Origin: Tubulanus polymorphus
Taxonomy: Eukaryota; Animalia; Nemertea
Length of the DNA stretch: 64,000 nt
Assembly (NCBI RefSeq): GCF_964204645.1
Contig: NC_134030.1
Span: forward strand, 15,624,110 to 15,688,109
Direction of reading: 5' to 3'
Shown in pieces: positions 1 to 11,243 of the stretch. The notes beneath the pieces were generated by a model. It ran no database searches. It was not told the origin of the DNA and saw only the letters and a list, made by a program, of their open reading frames with translations. How positions within the stretch are numbered: position 1 is the stretch's first letter; each line of letters starts with the position of its first letter. Position numbers and translations under genes: made by a program.

Positions 1-2
1 AA

Positions 3-2623
3 AAATATGATTACAAAAATAAAGTACCATTTGTAATATATGGAGATTTTGAATCATTAAATAAAGAATTAACAGATAAAGATAGAAAAGATATATATTA
101 TAAAAGAAAGAAATTAAATCTAATGAAAGTGATTATTCAGAAGAACCACCAAAAACAAATACTATTAAAAAGATTCATCAATCAGCTGCAGCTTTCGGGT
201 TATATATTAAATCTAATTATCCAGAACTAATTGAAAGTGAATATTATAATTACAGAAATGAAAATGTTATCAATCATTTTTGTGACTTATTAATTGAATA
301 TGAAATAAAATTTAATGAAAAGTTGAATAAAAATATAGAAATAATTATGACAGAAGAAGATAAAGAAGAATTTGAGTTTGCAGATAAATGTTATTATTGT
401 GAAAAGATATTTAATTATAAAGATAAAAAAGTAAGAGACCATGATCATTTGAATGGAAAGTTTAGAGGCGCTGCACATGAGAATTGTAACTTACAAGCTA
501 AGAAAATTAACTTTGTACCAGTTATATTTCATAACCTATCAGGATATGATGCACATTTATTTATCAAACAGCTATGTCATAAAATAGAAGAAATCAATAA
601 TGAAATAGAAATATTAAATTCAAATAGATCAAAAGATAAAATACCAACTTATAAATTTAGAATGTTAGCTAAAACATCTGAGAATTATATATCATTCCAA
701 TTTGGTTGTCTAAGATTTATAGATTCATATAGATTTTTAAATAGTTCATTAGATAACTTATCAAAATCATTAGTTGATGATGAATTGAAGATATTAAAAG
801 AATATTACCCAAATAATGATGATTTTCAATTAATGAGATATAAAGGCGCAATTCCATATTCTTTCAATAAAAATCATAATGATTTTAAAATAACTGAATT
901 ATTGAAAGAACAATTTTATGATGAATTAAAAAATGAATATGTTAAAGATGAAGTCTATAATAGAACATTGAATATTTGGAATCATTTCAAAATAGAAAAT
1001 CATGGGCAATTAGTAGATTTATATTTAAAATCAGATGTATTATTATTAACCGATATATTCGAAAGGTTTAGAGATGTAAACCTAAAATATTTCAATATTG
1101 ATCCTTGTCATTGTTATTCATCACCAGGATTAACATGGGATTGTGGATTAAAATTTACAGATATAAAAATGGATTTGTTAACAAATATAGATCAATTATT
1201 ATTATTTGAAAAATCTATAAGAGGAGGTGTTTCAGGTGTATTGGGTGATAGATATTTCAATGTAAATGATAATCCTGGATATAAATTATTATACATAGAT
1301 GCAAATAATCTTTATGGTTGGGCAATGATGGAACCACAACCTTATGGGATGTTTGAAATAACTGAAGTTTTACAAATTGATAAATTTGATTGGAAGAAAA
1401 GAATTCTAGATATTGCAGATGGTTCAGATACTGGTTACTTCTTTGTTGTAGATTTAGAATACCCTGAAAATATTAAATTCAAATCTAGAAATCTAGCATA
1501 TTGTCCCGAACATAAAACTGTTAAACATGAAGAATTATCAAATTATCAAAAAAGAATTAAACCCGATAATCATATTCATACTGAAAAGTTAATGGTAACT
1601 CAAGAAGATACATATAATTATGTAGTACATTATAGAATGTTGAAGTTTTATTTGAGACAAGGAATGATATTAAAAAAAGTACATAGATATATTTCATTCA
1701 GTCAATCTAAATGGTTAAAAAAATATATAGATTTTAATACTACACAGAGAACTAAATCTAAAACTGATTTTGAAAAAGATTTTTTTAAGTTAATGAATAA
1801 TGCATTCTATGGTAAGACTTGTGAAAATATTAGAAATAGAAATGATATTGAGTTAGTTAGTAATGGTAAAAGGATAAGGCATTTACAATCATATCCTAAG
1901 TTTATAGGTAACAGAATATTTGATGAAAATTTAGCTGCAGTTAAAATGAGGAGAACGTCTATTAAATTCAATAAACCTATATTTATTGGTTCGACTGTTT
2001 TAGAATTATCAAAGTTATTAATGTATAAATTTTACTATAACATATTACAACCCCATTTTGGAGAAAAGAATATAGAAATTCTATACTTTGATACAGATTC
2101 TTACATATTAAAGATAAAAACTGATAACATAACTGATGATTTAAAAACATTAAAACATCATTTTGATTTCAGTAACTATCCTAAAAATCATGAATTGTTT
2201 ACCAATGATAATAAAAAAGTTCCTGGGAAGTTTAAGGATGAATTAGGTGGTGAAGAAATGATAGAGTTCATTGGTATTAGATCTAAAATGTATAGTTATA
2301 AAACTAAAACTCATGAAGCTAAAAAGTTAAAAGGAATTACCAAAAGCGTTGTTGAAAAGAATATTAATTTCAAAGATTACATCAATTGTATATTTAATGA
2401 AGAAGTTAGAAAACATAAGATGAAATGTTTAAGATCTGAAGATCATGAAATGTATATTGAAGAAATAGAGAAGATAAGTTTGAATCCATTTGATGATAAA
2501 AGATATATTTTAGATGATGGAATCCACACAGTCGCCTATGGTTGCAATTTAGATGAATATATAAAATTCAAAAGAGAAGAAACAAAAGAAAATGAGATTA
2601 TGAAAAGGATTCTAACGTGTTAA
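3..2623 (+). CDS. polB: Protein-primed family B DNA polymerase (pPolB), 5' part outside window; frameshift near 118-121; EndoVII-like HNH domain inserted in exonuclease domain
   Basis: ExoI YGDFES (frame 3), ExoII FHNLSGYD, ExoIII YLKSD, palm DANNLY, KLMNNAFYGK, YFDTDS, KMY; CYYC..RDHDH..GKFRGAAH..CN insertion. Confidence 0.95.
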
Positions 2624-2651
2624 TCAATTTCAATAAAAATTTGTATAATAA

Positions 2652-2993
2652 ATGGAGAGTAAACAAGTACACAGTGAATTCTTAGATAGAATTAAAGATA
2701 CTTCAAGCGTCAAATCTGTAGATTATAAATTTAAAAAACTAACTGAGTTAACAATTCACAAGAAATATCTAATTACAAATATTGTTACAGTTACTAATAA
2801 ATATGGAGATAAATTAGTAATTCATTTAGAATATGAAGGATTAAAAGGAAATGAATATAAATTCAGAACTTATTTACCAGATAGATTTCATAGATTATCA
2901 AGTGAAGATCTAGAAGAATTATGTTCTGGAGATTTCTATTTCGTATACAAAGGTAAGAATGAAAAAGGGCACCATGAAATAGATTTCGAATAA
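2652..2993 (+). CDS. Small putative OB-fold / ssDNA-binding protein
   Basis: FKKLxEL..KY.I....TNKYG.K.V..L....TYLP.RF beta-rich pattern next to pol; function inferred. Confidence 0.45.
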   Translation: MESKQVHSEFLDRIKDTSSVKSVDYKFKKLTELTIHKKYLITNIVTVTNKYGDKLVIHLEYEGLKGNEYKFRTYLPDRFHRLSSEDLEELCSGDFYFVYKGKNEKGHHEIDFE

Positions 2994-3010
2994 GAAAATA
3001 TGTAAAATAA

Positions 3011-3755
3011 ATGGTAGAATTAAAAGAATACAGAATATTTGTTGATTCTAGAAAACTTACAAATTATAAATCACATAATTTATTAGTACAATTAGATAGA
3101 GAATTTAAGAATTGTATAGATTTAAAATTAGTAAATATAAGTTTATGTAATTCTTTTCATAATATATCGGATAAAAGTTTTGATCATAGAGACTTTTTAA
3201 TTCATATTAGAAATATAAATAAATGGTTTCAACTAATTTTAAAACCAGGATTATATAATTTAGATACATTAGCACAAGAAATTAATCGGAGAGCACGATT
3301 AAAACTTAAAAGTGAAGATAAATTTTCAATTAGATTTATAAAAAGTGATAGTTCTAATAAAATTAAAATAAAGTTAGATGATGAAAACAAACATGCATTT
3401 ATGGTAAGGAAACCTTTAGCTAAACTGTTAGGAATTAAACCACAAACTGTTACAGGAAACGTAGACGGTAATTCAAATATAATACCTTTTACACATTTTT
3501 ATATTTATTGCAATTTAATTGACCCAACAAAAACATTTGAAGCAACTAAAGATACAATTTGTAATTCTGGTTTATTAAATATTTTACCATTAAAAAATGT
3601 TAAACAATTTGGAACGCAAATAAATTATAATTTAACAGAATTGTATTCCTCAATTTAATAATTTTAAATTAGAAATAAGAAATCATAATGGATACTTAAT
3701 TGATTTGAATAACTTTCCTGTAATTTATGAATTAGTTATAAGATGTAAAGAGTAA
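3011..3755 (+). pseudogene. Minor capsid protein (penton, single jelly-roll), frameshifted near 3641
   Basis: IFVDS..., LxNISLxNSFHNI, FYIYCNLI, LLxILP; C-terminus FNNFKLEIRNHNGYLIDLNNFPV lies in another frame; copy D reads through (AECDFKPCIP), implying a ~14-nt deletion in A. Confidence 0.75.
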
Positions 3756-3772
3756 TTTTTTTCACTATATAA

Positions 3773-4120
3773 ATGAATATAACTGTTGGACCGAGTATAT
3801 GTTTTGGATTTGATTTTAAACGTGAGAAAGAAATGAAATTTAACATGAATGATGTAATAACACATATCAAAAATATTGCATTTTCTAATGAAACAACATT
3901 TGAGTATGAAACAACAATAGATAAAGAAACTTTAAATGTAGAAAAGATTACTGAGTCTTTAAGATTTTATGAATTAGATGAAGATTTTATCATCGATGAT
4001 ATTAAAAACATATTAACCAAAATATATGATAATCATAAAACTAGTAATGAAATAAATGTTGAATTAATCATAAATAAGTTAACTAAATATTTTGATGATA
4101 GTAATTTTTTTGATAAATAA
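3773..4120 (+). CDS. Conserved hypothetical protein (115 aa)
   Basis: Homolog at 52260-52601; TAAATG start. Confidence 0.75.
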   Translation: MNITVGPSICFGFDFKREKEMKFNMNDVITHIKNIAFSNETTFEYETTIDKETLNVEKITESLRFYELDEDFIIDDIKNILTKIYDNHKTSNEINVELIINKLTKYFDDSNFFDK

Positions 4121-4333
4121 ATGAGTGATAATAAGTGGATAATAACTGGATTATATAATGGCGCATTACTATCAGTTGGAACGGTTGGTTATTCAATGGT
4201 ATTAAAAAAAGTATTCAAAATGGGAAGTGTTAATGTTGATATAAATGATATTTTAAAGTTAACATTAGCAGTTACTTTATCTAATTTAACTATTGATTAT
4301 TTGGAAAAACAAAAATATATTCCTCCCATATAA
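4121..4333 (+). CDS. Small hydrophobic/membrane protein (70 aa)
   Basis: Two hydrophobic segments; homolog at 52035-52259. Confidence 0.7.
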   Translation: MSDNKWIITGLYNGALLSVGTVGYSMVLKKVFKMGSVNVDINDILKLTLAVTLSNLTIDYLEKQKYIPPI

Positions 4334-4357
4334 ATGCATAATTTTTTTGCTAAATAA

Positions 4358-4780
4358 ATGGCTTCTGCAATTATAACTATTATAGGATCAGCAATTGTTA
4401 ACGCTTTAGCATTTACTGGTGGTGGTTATTTATTTAAACATATTGATAAAAATAGTTCATTAGGAGAACAAAGAAGACATAACTTAGCGTTAGAGAAATA
4501 CAATAAAGCTGCAGAAGAATATAGAGAAAAGAGGCAAAACTATATGGATTACATCAATAAAGAATTATATGATCAGAAGATTTCACATAGAGATTTTCAA
4601 TCAGTTGATGATGCAATGAGTTTATATAACGCAGTAACAAATAAAGAAAAATTACATCTATACAAACCTAAATTATCAGATTATTATACCCCAAGTAAAG
4701 AACAACAGAAATATGAAATAATATGGATTTTAGGTGGAACAGTTATTGTTATATTTGTTGCTTATAAATTTACTAATTAG
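4358..4780 (+). CDS. Membrane-associated protein (N-terminal hydrophobic/amphipathic helix, EQRRHN motif, C-terminal TM)
   Basis: ASAIITIIGSAIVNALAFTGG; IIWILGGTVIVIFVAY; homolog in D. Confidence 0.75.
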   Translation: MASAIITIIGSAIVNALAFTGGGYLFKHIDKNSSLGEQRRHNLALEKYNKAAEEYREKRQNYMDYINKELYDQKISHRDFQSVDDAMSLYNAVTNKEKLHLYKPKLSDYYTPSKEQQKYEIIWILGGTVIVIFVAYKFTN

Positions 4781-4799
4781 TAATTTTTATTCTAAATAA

Positions 4800-5234
4800 A
4801 TGGAAGATAAAGTTGATAGTATTGATATTATTCCTCATGATATAAATAAAACTAAATTAAAAACATATTTAGAAAAACAAATATTAGAATTTGAAAGTGA
4901 CTTAAAGATAAAAAAGAAAAAATATTTAAAAAGTAAAATTATATATTATTTGATTATAAGTGGTTCGGTTACAATTAGTTCTGTAATAACATTTCTAGCA
5001 ATATTCAGCCCATTAACACCTTTAGCTATATCAATTGGTGTGTTAGGATTAAGTTCAAGTGTTTTAACTGGTATCAGTTCAAAATTAAATATAAAAAGTA
5101 ATAAAGAAAAAATAAAATCTTATATAAAAGAAATTAATAAATTAAAGAACACACTAGATTATATAATAAGTTTAAATGGTCATATAACAGTTGAAGAACA
5201 AGATAAATTATTAAAAGAATTAATAAATTATTAA
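4800..5234 (+). CDS. Two-TM protein flanked by coiled coils (144 aa)
   Basis: Central ~45-aa hydrophobic hairpin; intact homolog at 51134-51568. Confidence 0.78.
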   Translation: MEDKVDSIDIIPHDINKTKLKTYLEKQILEFESDLKIKKKKYLKSKIIYYLIISGSVTISSVITFLAIFSPLTPLAISIGVLGLSSSVLTGISSKLNIKSNKEKIKSYIKEINKLKNTLDYIISLNGHITVEEQDKLLKELINY

Positions 5235-5250
5235 TTTTTTAGTTATATAA

Positions 5251-6579
5251 ATGGGGTTTCCAAAAGCTTTCCAATATAATAAATCAATTAAATATAATAT
5301 TCCGGCAATAGATTTTAAGAAAAATATTATATATAGAAATATAGTTTTAAATTCATTAACTAATTTAGAAATTTATGTTACTGAATCACAGTTTTTTATT
5401 TCTAAAATGGAAAATATATTTAATACATATGAAGTTACTTTTACTCGAGATGAATATCATATATATAAAGTAAAATCTAATATGAAATATTGGCAGAATC
5501 AATTAAATTTTGCTGTTTATTGTGCAACAACAGGATGTGGAATTAGTTGGAATGATCATTTAAATAACTTAGATAAAAATTTGAAGTATTCTGATTTAAA
5601 ATTAATTCACACAATATTTAGATTTCACTCATATTTTCAAATCAGAATAATATTAAATGAATTAGAATGTCCTTTACCCGGGTCTAAATATTTTAAAGAA
5701 TTAGATAATAATATTAATATATCCAAGTTTTATAAAATATGTAATGAATTTAATATAAATATTAATTCCGATTTCAGAGCGCATGGTAAATTACAAGGTG
5801 TTAGTGAACAGTATGAAATAAAAAGAATTGATTATATGCATAGAATTGGAGCTTATCATAATTATAAAATTGATAATAATAATGGTTGGGTTAATTTCAT
5901 TTTAGAAAATGGTGAAGGTTTTACAAAATCAGGTATACAAAGAATAAATCAATCTATTAGAATTTATTGGATATGTATTTTAGGTGCTCAAGTTGAAACA
6001 AGATCACCGATAATTGGAAATTTGAATACATCATTCGATACACAAAAACAATTTAAAGTTTTATTTGAAGATTCAATTCATAATGATAAAAATAGATCGA
6101 TTCCAGAAAACATTATAAGATATCAAAATTATTTAGATAAATCTCATGTAAGACTTAATTATTGTATAGGCCCTGATCTATTAATTATTTCTAATGATTT
6201 AGTATTAAAGATGGGAAATATAATTGGTTATAATAATCTAATTAAAACTGCAACAATAAATAATTCATTTGGGTTAAATGATATAAATAAAAAGATTATT
6301 ACTGCTCCAAAATTAATGGAAGGTGAAAAAAATAAAAAACACATTCAATCAACTGAAACTAAAACTAAGAATATTAAATTAAATAATGATTCTAAAATAA
6401 AAGATTACAATACATCAGAAAATGGTGCCGTACGGCACCCACACGGTGATAATAGAACTGATAAAATTCAACATGATATAATTAAACTAAATGATGATAA
6501 TAAATCCCATGAAAATACTAAATTAGCTATAACTTGTATAGGAATTGTAATCGGAGGAATATTATATTTTAAATTTTAA
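5251..6579 (+). CDS. 442-aa conserved protein with C-terminal TM anchor
   Basis: WQNQLNFAVYCATTGCG, FRFHxYFQ motifs; LAITCIGIVIGGILYF tail; homolog in D. Confidence 0.8.
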   Translation: MGFPKAFQYNKSIKYNIPAIDFKKNIIYRNIVLNSLTNLEIYVTESQFFISKMENIFNTYEVTFTRDEYHIYKVKSNMKYWQNQLNFAVYCATTGCGISWNDHLNNLDKNLKYSDLKLIHTIFRFHSYFQIRIILNELECPLPGSKYFKELDNNINISKFYKICNEFNININSDFRAHGKLQGVSEQYEIKRIDYMHRIGAYHNYKIDNNNGWVNFILENGEGFTKSGIQRINQSIRIYWICILGAQVETRSPIIGNLNTSFDTQKQFKVLFEDSIHNDKNRSIPENIIRYQNYLDKSHVRLNYCIGPDLLIISNDLVLKMGNIIGYNNLIKTATINNSFGLNDINKKIITAPKLMEGEKNKKHIQSTETKTKNIKLNNDSKIKDYNTSENGAVRHPHGDNRTDKIQHDIIKLNDDNKSHENTKLAITCIGIVIGGILYFKF

Positions 6580-6595
6580 TTTTTTTATTATGTAA

Positions 6596-8056
6596 ATGGA
6601 TGTAGAAGGTGGAGAAGATATTCCATTGGATGACATGGGAAATAATAATGAAGGATATATTGATGATGATTATAATGATGCAAAAACTAATATTGATAAT
6701 GATGATGAATCAGCATATAATTCTAATTTAGCAGATAGTGGTTCTAAAGCCCCATCAACAGATGAATTTGATAGAAGAACTAGATCGAGAATAAATCCTG
6801 AAAATGAAAATCAAGGTTTAAAAAAGGAAGATTTAGAAAATATTGGATTTATATATAAGTTTCAAGATGTATTTAAAGATTCTGGATATAATATAAATTA
6901 CAGAGGCGCCAGACTTTTAGTAAATGATTTAAAATATTTAGATGGTGAATATTATTATAAATTGAAAGATGATTATTATATTAATATCTCTTATAAAACT
7001 CAAAATATAATATTAGCAGAATCAACTTTGCTTAAGTTAGAACCAGATAGAATTAAGAGAATAAGTATTAGTAATGAAATAACTGATGTTACACAAGAAG
7101 AAAGAGATAATAATAGAAAAGAATTCAAACAAAGAATTAATGAATTATTTGAAACAATCGATAATAATTTAGAAACAGAAACAACTTCTGAACAGAATAT
7201 AACTTCCAAAACTAGTAAACTTAAATCAAACACTGAAGTTCAAACTGAAAAACTTTTACCGAATGGATTACTTGATGCAACAGATCAAGAAATAGAAGCT
7301 TTAAGTATGTTTTCTAAAAAAACAATTAGAGAAATAATAAGTATACGAAATGACGCCGATAAAATTGCTCGCGAAAAACATATTAGATATAATAAAATTA
7401 AACCTTTAGAAAATAAATTATTTGACACCAGAAAAGAATTAGAACAATTAAAATTAGATAGAGAATTTAAAATTATTGAAGAAATTGAATTTAAAAAAAG
7501 AAATGCATATTTAGAAAAAGAAATTGATGATTTAAAATATAACATAGAATTTCAGAAAGAAAAAATGAAATTATTATTAAAATCATATGATTATTGTATC
7601 AATAGATTAAAAGTTGTTGTTAAAGAGTTAATACTAAAACCAAATTCTGAAATATCATTAAAAGACAGAATAAAATTATTATTTAAGTTTGAAGGAATAA
7701 CAGTTCTTTCAATTCTAACAGCTGTAACTATGTTATTTACAACAATTGGTTTAGCAATATCAAATGCTTTGAAATCTACTCCCACTCCCAATAAACCAGA
7801 TAAACCTCCAGGTAATAATTCTATACAAGATAAAGTTAAAGATGGTTTAAAGAAATTAGCAAAATATTTATGGGAACTATCTAAAAAATCTGCTGCAGCT
7901 TTACCAGGAGTTATTGCTTCAATTGTTGGTTTTATATTGAAATCTGCAGGAAACATTATTAACTTTGCTGCTGAACATATTATTTTATTTTTAATTACAG
8001 TTGTAAGTGCTATTATTTTTGGGTTAGTGAATATGATATCAAAAAATATCAAGTAA
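6596..8056 (+). CDS. 486-aa acidic/coiled-coil protein with multi-helix hydrophobic C-terminus
   Basis: Acidic N-terminus, heptad region, three hydrophobic segments; homologs in B and D. Confidence 0.8.
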   Translation: MDVEGGEDIPLDDMGNNNEGYIDDDYNDAKTNIDNDDESAYNSNLADSGSKAPSTDEFDRRTRSRINPENENQGLKKEDLENIGFIYKFQDVFKDSGYNINYRGARLLVNDLKYLDGEYYYKLKDDYYINISYKTQNIILAESTLLKLEPDRIKRISISNEITDVTQEERDNNRKEFKQRINELFETIDNNLETETTSEQNITSKTSKLKSNTEVQTEKLLPNGLLDATDQEIEALSMFSKKTIREIISIRNDADKIAREKHIRYNKIKPLENKLFDTRKELEQLKLDREFKIIEEIEFKKRNAYLEKEIDDLKYNIEFQKEKMKLLLKSYDYCINRLKVVVKELILKPNSEISLKDRIKLLFKFEGITVLSILTAVTMLFTTIGLAISNALKSTPTPNKPDKPPGNNSIQDKVKDGLKKLAKYLWELSKKSAAALPGVIASIVGFILKSAGNIINFAAEHIILFLITVVSAIIFGLVNMISKNIK

Positions 8057-8101
8057 ACCATGATATCAAAAAATAAATAATTAATTTTTTTTGTTAAATA
8101 A

Positions 8102-9349
8102 ATGAGTGGGAGTTATATAAGTCCTTCGAAGAATCATAGAATATCTAATGCTATTAAAGCAGAAAGATCACATCATATAATTACTCATAACCCTTCAAAT
8201 ATTAATCCCGATGAAACTTTATATGTGAGGATTCCTCGATTAACACAAAATACTTTTTATGTTCCAAATAGTATTTATTTATCAGCCGATATAAAAGTAA
8301 TCGGTAATAATAATAATTATGTTGTTGATAATGTTGGAAGATATTTGATTAAAAAGTTAACAATAAAGATTGGTCCGGAAACAGTTTTCTCATTAGATGA
8401 TTATAATTTATTTTCACATTATAAAGATTTATGGTTAACTAAAGAAAATAGAAATAATATGATATTTCAAGGAATTCAATCAGAAAACCAAAATAAATTA
8501 AGATCAGAAGCTAATAGCGCAATATTAACAAATGATGTAGATAAATTGATAAAAAGTATATATGGAAGCAAATATAAAATTCCATTAGACTTTGAATTGA
8601 TAAATAATAATGCACCTTTATATAAATACGCAATTCAAGAAGATATTATATTTGAGATAACATTTGCTCCTGTAAATGAAATTGTATTATCTAGCGTTAA
8701 TAAAGATATGAGTTATAAATTATCGAATATATGTTTAGAATATGATACAGTAACTGATGAAAATATTTCAAGTATAATTCAAACTAAATATAATCAAGGA
8801 TTTTCATTATTATATGATTATATTGATAAATTTAAAACTGTAACTATTAATGCAAATGATGAAATAATTAATGAGAATATTAACTTCCCTAGAAGATCTA
8901 TTAAAGGTATATTAATATTTTTTACCATTGGAACGTATACTAATGGCGCAATAAATGTTGATAATTATTATAATCCTGAAATAACAAAAGTAGAAATAAC
9001 TATCGAAGGTATAGCGAATAAAATATTTTGTCAAGGAATGAGAATGATTGATCAATGGGTAGAAATTAAAAAACATTTTATGAATGAAAAAGTGAAATCA
9101 TCTGAAAATTGTAATATTAATCAAATTGATTATTATACCGGTAATAAATATGCATTATGGTTAGATTTTAGAACAACAGAAGATAATTCATTACATGGTT
9201 CTGGAAAAAAACTACAAAATACAAAAGATGGAATACAATTATTCATGACAAAGAATAAAGGAATCAAAAATTTTAAAATGCACATTTATATTATATCTGA
9301 CGCGCAATTAAATATTGTAAATTCACAATTAGATAGTGTTATGTATTAA
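8102..9349 (+). CDS. Major capsid protein (double jelly-roll)
   Basis: 415 aa beta-rich; THNPS.I....LYVRIP.L....YVP.S, GRxLIKK, ICLEYD, ALWLDFRT..D..LHGSG; size and position fit Polinton-like MCP. Confidence 0.8.
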   Translation: MSGSYISPSKNHRISNAIKAERSHHIITHNPSNINPDETLYVRIPRLTQNTFYVPNSIYLSADIKVIGNNNNYVVDNVGRYLIKKLTIKIGPETVFSLDDYNLFSHYKDLWLTKENRNNMIFQGIQSENQNKLRSEANSAILTNDVDKLIKSIYGSKYKIPLDFELINNNAPLYKYAIQEDIIFEITFAPVNEIVLSSVNKDMSYKLSNICLEYDTVTDENISSIIQTKYNQGFSLLYDYIDKFKTVTINANDEIINENINFPRRSIKGILIFFTIGTYTNGAINVDNYYNPEITKVEITIEGIANKIFCQGMRMIDQWVEIKKHFMNEKVKSSENCNINQIDYYTGNKYALWLDFRTTEDNSLHGSGKKLQNTKDGIQLFMTKNKGIKNFKMHIYIISDAQLNIVNSQLDSVMY

Positions 9350-9381
9350 AATTTTAACTTTAATAAAAATATATATAATAA

Positions 9382-10407
9382 ATGGAAGGAGGTAAAGTAT
9401 ATGAAAGAATCAAAGCTGATAAAGAAATCAATGATAATTTGTATTATGTAATACCTTATAAAAGAATAAATGAATATATTGGAACATTTTTATTAAATGA
9501 ATTAAATCAATACAAAGAATATTTAATTGAACGTAATAATAATAAAAGTGGTGTTGTTAATAATAGTGTAATTGATAATAATGTAATACCTACTACATCT
9601 GTAATACCTACTACTACATCTGTAATACCTACTATATCTGTAATACCTACTATATCTGTAATACCTACTACATCTGTAATACCCACTACATCTGTAATAC
9701 CCTCTACATCAAATAATGTAATACCCACTACATCTGTAATACCCTCTACATCAAATAATGTAATACCTTCTACATCTAATAATAAAATAATATTAGATGT
9801 TAGTGAAAATAGAAATTATTGTGGTTATTGTAATGGTGAATTTTCAAACGCTCCATCAAATTGGAATAAACATATGAATACAAATTCACATATTACTAAT
9901 GTTATAGAACGTGTTGGTTTAAGAGAATTTATAGAACACCCATTTAGATATGTTACAAAATTTGTTTCAAATAAAAAAGTAAATGGTAAAGAATTATATG
10001 AAGATTTTTTATTAACAACACCTAATAAAGATGAATTAGATTTAACCGATGCTAATGAAATATTAGGATCAAATATTGTAAATGAAATATTAGGAGCAAA
10101 CACTAATAAAGATGATAATGAAAATGATACCATACAGCACCCACATGGTGATATAGTTACAGATAAGCATATTGATAATAAAGATTCTATAAAACTTAAA
10201 GTAGAAAATAATAATAAATTTGATTGGATGAATAAGCATAACAATGAAACAACTATTGATGATTTGGTAAAAAAGGTGAAAAAGGTGAAAAATAATAAAC
10301 CAATTATTTATGAAGATACGGTAGAGCATTTGAATAAATTGTTAGGGTCTGAAAGTGATTATAGTGAAAGTGATTCAGAAAGTGATTATCTAACACTCAA
10401 AAAGTAA
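9382..10407 (+). CDS. Low-complexity protein with VIPTTS repeats and C2H2-type zinc finger
   Basis: CGYC...KHMNTNSH; TAAATG start. Confidence 0.7.
   Translation: MEGGKVYERIKADKEINDNLYYVIPYKRINEYIGTFLLNELNQYKEYLIERNNNKSGVVNNSVIDNNVIPTTSVIPTTTSVIPTISVIPTISVIPTTSVIPTTSVIPSTSNNVIPTTSVIPSTSNNVIPSTSNNKIILDVSENRNYCGYCNGEFSNAPSNWNKHMNTNSHITNVIERVGLREFIEHPFRYVTKFVSNKKVNGKELYEDFLLTTPNKDELDLTDANEILGSNIVNEILGANTNKDDNENDTIQHPHGDIVTDKHIDNKDSIKLKVENNNKFDWMNKHNNETTIDDLVKKVKKVKNNKPIIYEDTVEHLNKLLGSESDYSESDSESDYLTLKK
9583..9777 (+). repeat. Coding 18-bp tandem repeat (GTAATACCYACTACATCT)
   Basis: About ten imperfect units encoding VIPTTS/VIPSTS. Confidence 0.9.
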
Positions 10408-10459
10408 TAAAGGTTGAAAATTGTATAAAATAATAGTAAATAAAAAAGGGGTTTTTAAG

Positions 10460-10620
10460 TATTAAGGTATCTAATAGGGTATTAGGGTATGTATCAGGTA
10501 TTAGGGTATCTAATAGGGTATCAGGTATTAGGGTATCAGGTATTAGGGTATCTAATGGGGTATTAGGTATTAGGGTATCTAATGGGGTATTAGGTATTAG
10601 GGTATCTAATACATAGGTAT
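10460..10620. repeat. GGTATTAG/GGTATC repeats with TATTAG-GGTAT-CTAATA mini-hairpins at the convergence of the two gene blocks
   Basis: Seen directly; shorter version at 19853-19960 in B. Confidence 0.85.
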
Positions 10621-10628
10621 ACAAATAG

Positions 10629-11243
10629 TTATTTTATAAATTTATATTCATATGGAAATTGTAATCTCATAAGTAATTTGGAACCTTTATTATTCTTTAA
10701 TTTATTCATATATTCATCATGTAATTCAGGAGGTATAATTTGATTTTCTTCCAATGATTGTTGCATAGATTTTCTATCTTTGTTGTAGAATAAAACTAGA
10801 AATCTTATATTCTCTCTAAAATCTTTCACAATTGAATTATATTTCTGATTTAAAACCCAAGTTGTTATCCCAAAATGTCTACCAGAGAAAGCTAAATAAC
10901 ATAACTCACTTTCTCTAATTTTAGAATCATGTAAATTTGCGCAATCATCGATAATAAATAATGTATTAGATCCTTTATAAATATCTAATGCAATTTTTAT
11001 ACAATTATCTAAATTATCTTTCACTGTTTTAGAATTTAATATAATAAACTTTTTATCTTTAAAAACTATATCTCTATTATACGTTTCATTCATTTCATAA
11101 GTTGGGCAGAATAATATTATATTATCAAAATGATTCTTATAAATAGTTTCTAATAAATATAATATGAAGTGTGTTTTACCACAATTTGTAACTCCAGTTA
11201 TTAACATATTATGAGGTTCAAATATAAATAAATCTTTATTCAT
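10629..11243 (-). CDS. Genome-packaging ATPase (A32/FtsK-HerA-like)
   Basis: Walker A GVTNCGKT, Walker B LFIIDD, GRH motif, Q sensor, REN. Confidence 0.93.
   Translation of the reverse strand: MNKDLFIFEPHNMLITGVTNCGKTHFILYLLETIYKNHFDNIILFCPTYEMNETYNRDIVFKDKKFIILNSKTVKDNLDNCIKIALDIYKGSNTLFIIDDCANLHDSKIRESELCYLAFSGRHFGITTWVLNQKYNSIVKDFRENIRFLVLFYNKDRKSMQQSLEENQIIPPELHDEYMNKLKNNKGSKLLMRLQFPYEYKFIK

Noticed and set aside
7000-10329. Antisense ORFs over Polinton genes
   Set aside because: Shadow ORFs with no motifs or TAAATG starts
10397-10624. 75-aa DTLIP-repeat ORF and a telomeric array
   Set aside because: Translation of the intergenic repeat; TTAGGG hexamers are isolated, not tandem
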